A stretch of 64,000 bases of DNA from Thermoanaerobaculia bacterium (GTDB lineage Bacteria; Acidobacteriota; Thermoanaerobaculia; Gp7-AA8). Made by a program: the position numbers and the translations under genes. Location: NCBI GenBank assembly GCA_035629395.1, contig DASPHZ010000002.1:69423-133422 (forward strand), read 5' to 3'. The notes beneath the pieces are model-generated. The model was not told the DNA's origin. It made no database searches and saw only the letters and a program-made list of their open reading frames with translations. Position 1 is the first letter of the stretch; each line of letters starts with the position of its first letter. Shown here in pieces: positions 52,618 through 64,000 of the stretch.

Positions 52618-53540
52618 CGAAGCGCCACCTGATCCTCACCCTCGCCCTCTCCACGCTCCCGTTCGCGGTCATCGGCTGCGGCGGTGACGAGTCGAAGGCC
52701 GAAACCTCGACCGCGACCGCGACGGCCGCGTCGACGACTGCCGCCGCGCCGGATCTGCCGGCCGACGTGCAGGACATCGCCAACGCCACCGCCGCCGCGA
52801 CGGAGACGTCCGCCACGGCCGCGGCCGAGTCGAACACGTTCTCCGCGACCGGCGAGTTCGTCTCGCCGGTGCGCTCGGAGCTCTCCGCCCGCATCCCCGG
52901 ACGCGTGGCGAAGATGTACGTCGACGAAGGCTCGCGCGTCCGCCGCGGCCAGCCGGTGCTCGAGCTCGAGACGGAGTACTCGCGTCTCAACCTGCAGGCC
53001 GCGAACGCGGAAGTCGCGCGCGCGAAAGCCGCGCTCGACGAAGCGGGACGCGACCTCGAGCGCAAGCGCGGGCTGAGCGCGAAGGATTCGATCCCTCGCG
53101 CGACGCTCGACCGCTCGCAGGCGATGTTCGACCAGGCCAACGCCGCGCATCAGGCCGCGTCCGCGCAGGCTGCGTTGCTGCGCCAGCAGATCGCCGACGC
53201 TACGCTGCGCTCGCCGGTCGACGGCATCGTGGCCGAGAAGCGCGTCGACATCGGTGCACGCCTCGGCGACGGCGGCGTGGCCTTCGTCGTCGTGCAGACC
53301 TCCCCCCTCAAGCTCCGCTTCGCCGTCCCCGAGCGTTACCTCGGCCGCATCACCGCCGGCGACCAGGTCACCGCGCGCGTCGACCCGTACCCGAACGAAG
53401 CCTTCACGGGCGTCGTGAAGACCATGGGCGGCGTGATCGACCCGAAGACGCGAACGATGTTCGCCGAGGCGGAGTTCGCGAACCGCGACGGACGTTTGCG
53501 TCCGGGACTGTTCGCGAGAGTGGAAACGAAGCTCGATTGA
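52614..53540 (+). CDS. efflux RND periplasmic adaptor (MFP), lipoprotein
   Basis: Lipobox ...LPFAVIGC. ATGA overlap with the OMP stop. Thr/Ala-rich linker. Confidence 0.8.
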   Translation: MTKRHLILTLALSTLPFAVIGCGGDESKAETSTATATAASTTAAAPDLPADVQDIANATAAATETSATAAAESNTFSATGEFVSPVRSELSARIPGRVAKMYVDEGSRVRRGQPVLELETEYSRLNLQAANAEVARAKAALDEAGRDLERKRGLSAKDSIPRATLDRSQAMFDQANAAHQAASAQAALLRQQIADATLRSPVDGIVAEKRVDIGARLGDGGVAFVVVQTSPLKLRFAVPERYLGRITAGDQVTARVDPYPNEAFTGVVKTMGGVIDPKTRTMFAEAEFANRDGRLRPGLFARVETKLD

Positions 53541-53625
53541 TGTTGCTGGGGGCTGGTTGCTCGTTGCTTGCGATCCTCGCGAGACCTCACGAGCCACCAG
53601 CAACTAGCAACCAGGAACCTTAGCC
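53541..53625. repeat. Inverted phased-heptamer array (GTTGCTG ... CAGCAAC), family B copy 2; exactly fills the MFP stop to RND start gap
   Basis: Reads gttgctg-ggggctg-gttgctc-gttgctt | gcgatcctcgcgagacctcac | gagccac-cagcaac-tagcaac-cagg. Architecture matches the 3338-3447 element. Confidence 0.8.
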
Positions 53626-56892
<3,267 letters not shown>

Positions 56893-56911
56893 TCCGCTTT
56901 CTGGAAGGACG

Positions 56912-56945
56912 AAAAGGCCGGTGCTTGCACCGGCCTTTTTCGTTT
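56912..56945 (+). terminator. rho-independent terminator of efflux operon 2
   Basis: GGCCGGTG-cttg-CACCGGCC followed by TTTTTCGTTTT. Confidence 0.8.
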
Positions 56946-57001
56946 TCACGCGGGAGGTCTCACGCTCGATCGGCGATCTGCGAAGCCTATACTTTGAAGG
57001 G

Positions 57002-58045
57002 ATGGGCTCGTTTTTCGCGAACGTGCAGGTCCTCGCGCCGCGCGACCTCGTGCGCGAGCGGCTGATCGCGCATGCGCGCGCCGGCGTTTACGAGCCGGCG
57101 CACGATGAATCGGATCGCGGCTGCGCGATGGCGACCTCCGGAGAGGGCTGGACGGTCGTGTACGACCAAGACATGGACGGACACGACCTGAAGTCGATCG
57201 AGGAGCTCGCGGCCACACTGTCGTTCGCGCCTGCACAGCTCGCGGTGAGCATCCTCGTCAGCGACAGCGACGAACTGGTGCTGTCGCTCTTCGAGGAAGG
57301 GAAGCGTCTCAACCGCCTTCGCGTCGTTCCCGGCAAGGCGGTGAAGATCGGCCCGAAGTGGCGCGCGGCGTTTCCGAAGCTGCCGGCGATTCTCCCGCCG
57401 CCGGAAGCGTTCGCCGAGGAGGTACTGACGCCCATCGCGGATGCAATGGGCGTCAGCGTCGATTCCCTGTCCGGCTCGTACGAGCACCGCGACGAGTTGC
57501 AGACGCCGCTCGAGGAGCTCCGCTTCGTGCTCAAGCCGGAGTACCGATTCATCCGCTGGGCCGAGGGTCCGCCGCAGTTCTGGACGCCGCAGGGCTCACG
57601 GCGCGACACCGCGGCCATCGGGCGCGATCTCTTTCTCAGCGCCACACTCCACAATAGAGGCGGCCCGTGCCGCGGCCTTTCCGTCATCCTCCTGCCTGGC
57701 GAGTGGCTGGAGCTCGTCGACGTGCAGCGCGTGCATCTCAGCATCGGCGCAAACTGCACGACCTTCGAGGCGGAGCCGCAGCTCGTCGAGAAGAACGGCG
57801 GGCGCGCTTTCGTGGTGACGTTCGAAGAAGCGACGCTCGACGCCTGGCCGGAGGAAGCCGTTGCGGAGACGCCGTGGCAATTCCGCAAGGCGCAGCACGC
57901 GTACGACCAGACGCGCATCTGGAGCTCGATCGTCGTGACGCCGAGGAGAGCAGGCAGTGCGACGCTCCGCGCCTTCTTCGTGCCGCGCGAGCATCCCCGC
58001 GGCGGCATGATCATCGACTACCAGCTCACGGTGACGGATGCGTGA
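57002..58045 (+). CDS. hypothetical protein (347 aa), no recognisable domain
   Basis: High GC3. Start placed after the terminator with a GAAGGG ribosome-binding site. The ORF-track start at 56921 lies inside the terminator stem. Confidence 0.55.
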   Translation: MGSFFANVQVLAPRDLVRERLIAHARAGVYEPAHDESDRGCAMATSGEGWTVVYDQDMDGHDLKSIEELAATLSFAPAQLAVSILVSDSDELVLSLFEEGKRLNRLRVVPGKAVKIGPKWRAAFPKLPAILPPPEAFAEEVLTPIADAMGVSVDSLSGSYEHRDELQTPLEELRFVLKPEYRFIRWAEGPPQFWTPQGSRRDTAAIGRDLFLSATLHNRGGPCRGLSVILLPGEWLELVDVQRVHLSIGANCTTFEAEPQLVEKNGGRAFVVTFEEATLDAWPEEAVAETPWQFRKAQHAYDQTRIWSSIVVTPRRAGSATLRAFFVPREHPRGGMIIDYQLTVTDA

Positions 58046-58295
58046 AGGCGAGAGGCTTTTGCCCGCGCCGTAGTGGCTGATATCGGTCCCCGCATCCCGC
58101 GCAGGGCGTCAGTCGCGTGAAGCCGTCCGCTTCCGCGGAAGCAGGACGTGCCCGGGTGATTGCAGTCGCGGATATACCCGCTCGAATGAACACGCGTGGA
58201 TTTCGTGCATCACGCCATTTGCGAATTGCACATCAGTCTCGCTGAGCCGCTGATCAATCTCGACGTGACGCCGATTTCCCCACAAAAGTCAGGGA

Positions 58296-58751
58296 TTGGT
58301 GTCTTTGTTATCGATGGCAGCTCACTGCGAGAGTGTGTTCCGGCTGCAGCGCAGCGTTTTGGGCCGGCAACTGAGCACCGTGAGGCAGACGATTTTGGCG
58401 GCCAGCTCCGCTCCGGCAGCCTTCGCACTGGTATTCATTATTTCGCAGCTAAGTGACGTGACCGGCGTACGCGTCGCGTTCTGCATTGTGAGAACGCTTA
58501 TCGGGATTCCATGTCCAGGCTGCGGGATCACGACCAGTATTGCGGCACTGACCCGCGGCAATGTAACGGCGGCTCTCGATGCGAATCCCGCTGGTCCCTT
58601 CGTCACTCTTTTCGTAATGGTGCAGGTGCTCCTGCTTCTCGCGGCCGTGACTCGCTTCCTGCCGGATGCTGCAACCGCTCGATACTCCCGGCTGAACGAT
58701 CGGGCTCTACTCACTTTCCTGCTACTTACCTGGCTGATACGTCTTTTCTAA
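58296..58751 (+). CDS. DUF2752 domain membrane protein
   Basis: GIPCPGCGITTSIAALTRG (CPGCGxTR) hallmark motif followed by TM helices. Lies in a lower-GC islet. Confidence 0.6.
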   Translation: MVSLLSMAAHCESVFRLQRSVLGRQLSTVRQTILAASSAPAAFALVFIISQLSDVTGVRVAFCIVRTLIGIPCPGCGITTSIAALTRGNVTAALDANPAGPFVTLFVMVQVLLLLAAVTRFLPDAATARYSRLNDRALLTFLLLTWLIRLF

Positions 58752-58761
58752 GGAGGCTTCG

Positions 58762-58929
58762 ATGGCACAAGTGACATGCCCCAAATGCAACACTCTCACG
58801 CAGCAGGGCGGATTTCCCTCGTGGACGATCATCGTGTCGATCTGCTTTTTCCCGGTAGGCCTGCTTGCGCTATTAGCGGGCCGGAACCCGGCGGTATGCC
58901 CGAATTGCGGCAATAGTTGGCAAAGCTGA
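58762..58929 (+). CDS. small zinc-ribbon membrane protein (55 aa), LITAF-like CxxC-TM-CxxC architecture; below the ORF-track size cut-off
   Basis: MAQVTCPKCNTLTQQGGFPSWTIIVSICFFPVGLLALLAGRNPAVCPNCGNSWQS. AAGGAGG ribosome-binding site 5 nt upstream. Immediately follows the DUF2752 stop. Confidence 0.5.
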   Translation: MAQVTCPKCNTLTQQGGFPSWTIIVSICFFPVGLLALLAGRNPAVCPNCGNSWQS

Positions 58930-59168
58930 CGACATAGAAGCTTCGCGGGTCATGTCCGTCGGCGGGTCCGAGCCGACATACACATCTCATGATGTGGCGG
59001 GCGCACGTCGGGTGTGGCGGCGGCGCTGCATCGCGTAGCATGAACGCTTAGTTCGGTTGCGCTGAAGCTGCGCGACTTGACGCACGCGTTCACCCTCGAT
59101 CGCGCGAGACTTCGACGCGAAAGTCTCGAGGTACATGAAGAATTGATGAAGGCTGCTTTGGATTCGAT

Positions 59169-59864
59169 TCAGTCAGCGCGCATGCCGAGGTCTGAATTGC
59201 TCGATAACGCCGTCGCCAGCGCCTCATTGAGAACCGGAATCCACGTCGCGTAACCGCGGTCGTTGGGATGGAACCGGTCGGCGGCGAAAAGGGAGGGGTC
59301 GTGGCGGAAGAGCGGCCCGGTCACGTCCGCGATCGGGGCGAAGATGAGTCCCTGGCTCGCCGCCTCGGCGCGGAACATCCGGTTCGCCTGCACCGTCCGC
59401 CATGCGGCGATGCCGCGGAGGATGCGGGGGATCCGCGGCGGCGACCCCATGTCAGGAGCGCCCGTGACGACGATGCGCACGTTCGGATTCGCGGCAGTCA
59501 GCGCCTGCACGATGGCGCGCAGATCCGCGCGCATGCGGGGCAGGGGCGTCAGGTGCGTGACGTCGTTCGCTCCCGCGGAGAGCAGGACGAGGTCGGGGCG
59601 GAGACTCGCGGCCACCGGAAGCTGACGCCGGCGTACATGACTCATGCGGGCCCCGGAGACGGCGAGGTTCGTCATCGTGACGGTGTGCCGCGCCGCGAGC
59701 GATCTCTCGGTGGCGATCGCGATCCCGAGCTCGTAAGTGCCGCCGACGCCGGCCGCCGTACTGTCCCCCAGCACGACGTAAGTGAGTGGCGGCCCCGCTG
59801 CCGTCGCGACGTCCACGCGCAGGAGAAACATCGCCAGTGCGCCGATGATGACCCTTCGTTTCAT
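59169..59864 (-). CDS. SGNH/GDSL hydrolase family protein (secreted)
   Basis: Signal peptide MKRRVIIGALAMFLL. GDS block (VLGDSTAAG). GANDV block. DRFHP near the C-terminus. Confidence 0.75.
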   Translation of the reverse strand: MKRRVIIGALAMFLLRVDVATAAGPPLTYVVLGDSTAAGVGGTYELGIAIATERSLAARHTVTMTNLAVSGARMSHVRRRQLPVAASLRPDLVLLSAGANDVTHLTPLPRMRADLRAIVQALTAANPNVRIVVTGAPDMGSPPRIPRILRGIAAWRTVQANRMFRAEAASQGLIFAPIADVTGPLFRHDPSLFAADRFHPNDRGYATWIPVLNEALATALSSNSDLGMRAD

Positions 59865-59945
59865 GGAGATGCGACCGAGGTGTGCAGGTTGAAAGCCACC
59901 CGCCGACCTCCCGGTGTATCCTTTTCTCCTTCGGTCCGTCACGAA

Positions 59946-61484
59946 ATGAGAAAAGCGATCCTACTGGTGCTGCTGTGCGCGATGCCTCTGGCCGCGCAGA
60001 ACAATTCCATCGACGTCCTCCACTACCGCATCGAGCTCGAGCTTCGGGAGAAAGACGTCGCCGCGGCGACGGAGCTCACCATCCGCCCGGTCGCTGCGCC
60101 GCTCGAGATGCTCCTCCTCGACTTCGGCGAGCTGACCATCGACAGCGTGACCGTGGACGGCGAGGCGGCCACGCACGAGCGGCGCGAGAAGCAGCTCGCC
60201 ATTCGCGTGAATCGCACGAACACCGAGCCCTTCCGCGTCGTGATCCGTTACCACGGCACCCCCACGGACGGCCTCCTCCTGCGCGAGAACAAGTACGGCG
60301 ACCCGAGCGTGTTCGCCGACAACTGGCCCGATCGCGCGCGTCTCTGGATCCCCTCCGTCGATCACCCCTCCGACAAAGCGACCGTCGACTTCATCGTCAC
60401 CGCGCCCGAGAACTTCGGTGTCATCGCCAACGGCGCGCTCGTCCAAAGCACGCCTCTCGAAGGCGGGAACAAGCGCACGCACTGGCGCGAGACGACACCC
60501 ATCCCCGTGTACACCATGGTCATCGGGGCGGCCGAGTTCGCGGTGGTCAACGCGGGCGCGGCCTACGGCACGAACGTCGAGTACTGGCTCTACCCGCGCG
60601 ACGCGGAGCTCGGCCGCCAGTTCGGCCGCGTGCCGCGCATGGTCGCGTTCTACTCCAGCCTCGTCGGGCAGTATCCGTACGAGAAGCTCGCGCTCGTCCA
60701 GTCGTCGACGCGCTTCGGCGGGATGGAGAACGCGAGCGCGATCTTCCTCGACGAAAAACGGATCAACGGCGAGGCGTCGCTCGAAGGGCTGGTCGCCCAC
60801 GAGATCGCGCATCAATGGTTCGGCGACTCCGTGACGCAGCGCGAGTGGCACGACATCTGGCTGAGCGAAGGCTTCGCCACGTACTTTGGCAATCTCTTCT
60901 TCGAGCACGCGGACGGCCGCGACGTCTTCCTGCGCCGCATGCGCACCGACCGCGACGAGTATTTCAAGTCGCAGCGCAGGAACGCGTACGCCATTCACGA
61001 GCCGAAGATCACCGAGCCGCGCGAGCTCCTCAGCTCCATCACGTACGACAAGGCCGCGTGGGTGCTGCACATGCTGCGCGGCGTCATGGGCGACCGCGCC
61101 TTCTTCGCCACGGTGCGCGACTACTACAACGCCTATCGCGACCGCAACGCGAGCACGGGCGAATTGCGCGTCATCGCCGAGCGCCATCACGGCCAGCCGC
61201 TGGACTGGTTCTTCCGCCAGTGGATCTACGAGCCGGGACATCCGCAGCTCGCCACCAAATGGACATGGCGGGACGGGAAAGTGACGTTCGGCGTCGAGCA
61301 GAAGCAGAGCGGGACGGTATATCGCATCCCCACCACGATCGAGGTGCGCAACGGCAACGTCGCACGCCGCGAGACCGTGCTCATCGACGAGCGCACCGAG
61401 AACTTCGAGATCGCCGCGGACCGCAAGCCCGACGCGGTGACGCTCGATCCGGAGGAATGGGTGCTGAGGGAAACCGCGCAGTAG
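59946..61484 (+). CDS. M1 family aminopeptidase (secreted)
   Basis: HEIAHQWFG zinc-binding motif and GMEN exopeptidase motif. Signal peptide MRKAILLVLLCAMPLAA. Confidence 0.85.
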   Translation: MRKAILLVLLCAMPLAAQNNSIDVLHYRIELELREKDVAAATELTIRPVAAPLEMLLLDFGELTIDSVTVDGEAATHERREKQLAIRVNRTNTEPFRVVIRYHGTPTDGLLLRENKYGDPSVFADNWPDRARLWIPSVDHPSDKATVDFIVTAPENFGVIANGALVQSTPLEGGNKRTHWRETTPIPVYTMVIGAAEFAVVNAGAAYGTNVEYWLYPRDAELGRQFGRVPRMVAFYSSLVGQYPYEKLALVQSSTRFGGMENASAIFLDEKRINGEASLEGLVAHEIAHQWFGDSVTQREWHDIWLSEGFATYFGNLFFEHADGRDVFLRRMRTDRDEYFKSQRRNAYAIHEPKITEPRELLSSITYDKAAWVLHMLRGVMGDRAFFATVRDYYNAYRDRNASTGELRVIAERHHGQPLDWFFRQWIYEPGHPQLATKWTWRDGKVTFGVEQKQSGTVYRIPTTIEVRNGNVARRETVLIDERTENFEIAADRKPDAVTLDPEEWVLRETAQ

Positions 61485-61487
61485 TCC

Positions 61488-61540
61488 TTGACAGCTCTCC
61501 GTAACCGACTTACTGTATTAGTCGTCTAATACAGTAAGTC
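61488..61540 (+). promoter_or_regulatory. TTGACA -35 box plus a perfect 15-bp inverted repeat GACTTACTGTATTAG-tcgt-CTAATACAGTAAGTC (candidate GntR autoregulatory operator overlapping the -10 region)
   Basis: The palindrome lies 3-37 bp upstream of the gntR start. A TACTGT -10-like hexamer falls at a 17-bp spacing. Confidence 0.55.
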
Positions 61541-61549
61541 AGGATGAGC

Positions 61550-61945
61550 ATGTTCGATATCAACCCAGCCGATGCTTCCCCGATCTGGCGCCAGATCGAG
61601 GAGGGGATGCGGCGAATGATCTCCCTCGGTACGTTGCACCCCGGCGCGGCCGTGCCGTCGGTGCGCGACCTCGCGCAGCAGTTGCGCGTCAATCCCAACA
61701 CCGTTGCCCGCGCCTACCAGAGGCTCACCGACGCGGGCGTCTTCGCGGTGCGCCGCGGCGAAGGAACGTTCGTCGCCGACGCGCCCGCACAACTGAGGAA
61801 ATCCGAGCGCAACGAGACCCTGCGCGACGCCGCCACCCGCTACGCGGGCACGGCGCTGTCCGTAGGCGCCTCGCTCGAAGAAGCGAGCGCGGAGCTGGAG
61901 CACGGCTTCAGCCGACTCGTGCGCGAGCACAGGAGAAAAGCATGA
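61550..61945 (+). CDS. GntR family transcriptional regulator (YtrA-like, short)
   Basis: wHTH PSVRDLAQQLRVNPNTVARAYQRL. ~131 aa, with no large effector domain. Confidence 0.8.
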   Translation: MFDINPADASPIWRQIEEGMRRMISLGTLHPGAAVPSVRDLAQQLRVNPNTVARAYQRLTDAGVFAVRRGEGTFVADAPAQLRKSERNETLRDAATRYAGTALSVGASLEEASAELEHGFSRLVREHRRKA

Positions 61946-62832
61946 GCACTGCGATTCAGGCGGCGAACGTGAGCGTTCGCTACGGCAGAAAGACCGCGCT
62001 CGAAGACGTCTCGCTGTCGGTCGCACCCGGCAGCGTGTACGCCCTTCTCGGCCGCAACGGTTCCGGCAAATCCTCGCTGGTCCGCACGCTCCTCGGGCAG
62101 TTGCCTCCCGCGCAGGGACGCGCGACGCTGTTCGGCGAAGACGTGTGGCGCCATCGCACGCGGCTCATGGAGCGCGTCGGTGTCGTCCCGGAAGACGCGG
62201 ACGCACCGCCGGAGATGCGCGTGCGCGAGCTGGCGTGGTTCTCGTCGCGGCTGTACCCGCGCTGGAGCCAGGCCGCATTCGACGCGCGCATCGACCGCTT
62301 CGGCATCGACGCGAACGCACGCAGCGGCAATCTGTCGAAAGGGCAGAAGAAGCAGGTCTCGCTCGCGCTCGCGCTGGCCGCCTCGCCCGAGCTGCTGATC
62401 CTCGACGACCCGACCCTCGGCCTCGACGTCGTCGCACGCAAATCGCTCTTCGAGGAGGTCATCGCCGACATGGCCGATCGCGGCATCACCGTCTTCATTA
62501 CCACGCACGATCTCGCGCCCGTCGAGGCGATCGCCGATCGCGCGGCGATCCTGAAGAACGGCCGCATCGTCCTCGACGAAGAGCTGGAGACGATGAAGTC
62601 GCGCTTCCGCAGGATCCGCTTCGCCAGCCAGCCGCTCGCCCTCGCGCAGGCGAACCTCATCGCCACCGCCGTGCGGCAGTGGGGGACCGGCACCGAGGCG
62701 GTGGTGACGAATTACAACGACCTGGAGCTGGCGCGGTTGCAGGAGGCGGTTCCGACCGTCGACGTTGCCCCGCTGTCGCTCGAAGAGATCTTCATCGCCG
62801 TCGCCGGCGAAGAAAAAGGACAACAGTCATGA
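61942..62832 (+). CDS. ABC transporter ATP-binding protein
   Basis: Walker A GRNGSGKSS, LSKGQKKQ signature, Walker B LLILDDPT. ATGA overlap with gntR. Confidence 0.85.
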   Translation: MSTAIQAANVSVRYGRKTALEDVSLSVAPGSVYALLGRNGSGKSSLVRTLLGQLPPAQGRATLFGEDVWRHRTRLMERVGVVPEDADAPPEMRVRELAWFSSRLYPRWSQAAFDARIDRFGIDANARSGNLSKGQKKQVSLALALAASPELLILDDPTLGLDVVARKSLFEEVIADMADRGITVFITTHDLAPVEAIADRAAILKNGRIVLDEELETMKSRFRRIRFASQPLALAQANLIATAVRQWGTGTEAVVTNYNDLELARLQEAVPTVDVAPLSLEEIFIAVAGEEKGQQS

Positions 62833-64000
62833 GCACTGCCCTGGTCATCGCGTCGCGCGAGCTGCGCGACCGCACACGCGTTCTCATCGTCGGCGCCGCG
62901 CTGGCGATCCTGCCGTTCCTCGTCGCGCTGATGCCGAGCGCGGAGTCGAATCGCGCCACCGTCATCTCCGCGCTCGGCGGCGGTGCGGCCATGGCGTACG
63001 GACTCTGCCTCGCACTGATGTACGGCGTCAGCGCCCTCGGACGCGAGCTGTCGGAGAAGCGTCTCTCGTTCTATTTTTCCAAACCGATCGCGCCGGTGGC
63101 GCTCTGGCTCGGCAAGACGGGCGCCGCGCTCGTCACGGTCGCCGGCGTCGCATTGCTCGTCGCCATTCCGTCGTTCCTCGCCGCGCGCGAGGAGTGGCTG
63201 GTGTTCTGGGGACGCGAGGACTGGTTCGTCTGGAAGCTCATCGCCGTCGTGGCGCTGTTCCTCTATTTCGGCGGACACGCGCTGTCGACGATGGTGCGCT
63301 CGCGCTCCGCGCTCGTCGCGCTCGACCTGGTGTGCGCGGTGGCGACGGTGATGCTGGCGTTGATGCTCGTGCGGCCGCTGCTCGAGCGCGGCGCCGTGGA
63401 ACGCGTGTTCGCCGTGTGGGCCGTGCTCGCCGGAGCGGCACTGCTCGCGGCGGCGATCGTTCCGGTCGTCCAGCTCTCGCGCGGACGCACCGACGTCCGC
63501 CGCAGCCACGCGGCGTATTCGAGCGTGCTGTGGCCGGTCATCGGGGTGTCTCTGCTGATCGCGGCCGCGTACACGATGTGGGTGACGTCACCGTCGTTGA
63601 AGAGCATCGACAAGATCGAGAACCTCGATCAGTCGGCGTCGGGGCAATGGGTTTTCTTCACCGGGACGGACAGCGCGCGCGGCGACGTCGCCTCGTCATT
63701 CCTGCTGAACACCGCCACCGGTGCGAGCGAGCGCATCCAGCCGCTGCGCTGGTCGAGTGTGAAGTTCTCGCGCGACGGCAGGACGCTGGTGTGGGTCGAA
63801 TCCGATGAGCTCCTGCCGCGCTTCGGCGCTGCACGCGTGCACACGCGCACCCTCGACGGCAGCGGCGCGGATGGCGAAACGTCGATTGCCACCGGCATCA
63901 GCGACGCGTTCACGGTGTCGGACGACGGCACGCGCATCGCCATCCTCGGCCGCGGTCAGTTGCGCGTGCACGAACTGGCGAGCGGCAAACTGCTCGCCGC
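62829..64000 (+). CDS. ABC-2-type permease with a C-terminal beta-propeller-like extension, 3' partial (continues beyond window)
   Basis: Six hydrophobic helices, then ...SRDGRTLVWVESD...SDDGTRIAILGRGQ repeat-like segments. ATGA overlap with the ATPase gene. No stop in window. Confidence 0.65.
   Translation, partial: MSTALVIASRELRDRTRVLIVGAALAILPFLVALMPSAESNRATVISALGGGAAMAYGLCLALMYGVSALGRELSEKRLSFYFSKPIAPVALWLGKTGAALVTVAGVALLVAIPSFLAAREEWLVFWGREDWFVWKLIAVVALFLYFGGHALSTMVRSRSALVALDLVCAVATVMLALMLVRPLLERGAVERVFAVWAVLAGAALLAAAIVPVVQLSRGRTDVRRSHAAYSSVLWPVIGVSLLIAAAYTMWVTSPSLKSIDKIENLDQSASGQWVFFTGTDSARGDVASSFLLNTATGASERIQPLRWSSVKFSRDGRTLVWVESDELLPRFGAARVHTRTLDGSGADGETSIATGISDAFTVSDDGTRIAILGRGQLRVHELASGKLLA

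Noticed and set aside
56921-57001. GTG start of the hypothetical protein placed inside the terminator stem
   Set aside because: A start codon within a strong rho-independent terminator hairpin is implausible. The downstream ATG at 57002 with a G-rich ribosome-binding site was preferred.
58196-58456. 86-aa ORF overlapping the 5' part of the DUF2752 gene
   Set aside because: It overlaps the frame that carries the diagnostic CPGCGxTR motif, has no recognisable features, and is more likely a shadow ORF.

Overview
High-GC (~68%) bacterial chromosomal segment. The gene content (Ser/Thr kinases fused to TolB-like propellers, many secreted peptidases, HYR, DUF1573 and DUF5916 proteins) suggests a Gemmatimonadetes- or Acidobacteria-like soil bacterium. 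Genes are densely packed, and many adjacent genes overlap at ATGA/GTGA stop-start junctions. Recognisable content, in order: a partial TPR/CHAT-like gene running off the window start (1-2009, absent from the ORF track); a tyrosine-catabolism cluster (hppD, hmgA, an unknown 244-aa ORF, an inserted Ser/Thr-kinase-TolB gene with a coupled 98-aa ORF, fahA); a secreted HYR-domain protein; a GNAT acetyltransferase; purL; an FAD oxidoreductase with a SigJ-type ECF sigma factor; polysaccharide deacetylase, LbH acetyltransferase, tsaE and nnr; DUF2064, DUF62 (SAM hydroxide adenosyltransferase) and PilZ; ubiE and nadE; a DUF5916 outer-membrane protein; DUF1573; two RND efflux operons (TolC-like OMP, MFP, RND; the second has a divergent-side TetR); DUF1287; an alpha/beta hydrolase; a peptidoglycan-recycling-like locus (sodium:solute symporter overlapping nagZ, a secreted zinc metalloprotease, an AmiE-like/NamZ fusion, an S8 peptidase); a STAND-type Ser/Thr kinase (kinase-NB-ARC-TPR); a lower-GC islet carrying a DUF2752 + LITAF-like zinc-ribbon gene pair; an SGNH hydrolase; an M1 aminopeptidase; and a YtrA-like GntR-ABC operon. 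The most unusual feature is in the non-coding DNA. At least six loci carry inverted arrays of perfectly phased 7- or 8-nt tandem repeats (unit families GAGCTGTA, CAGCAAC and GAATGCA). They lie in intercistronic and divergent-promoter gaps, and several fill the stop-to-start gap inside efflux and catabolic operons exactly. In addition, a ~90-bp REP/MITE-like palindromic element occurs twice and brackets fahA. Many long ORFs in the six-frame track are antisense or high-GC artefacts and were not called.
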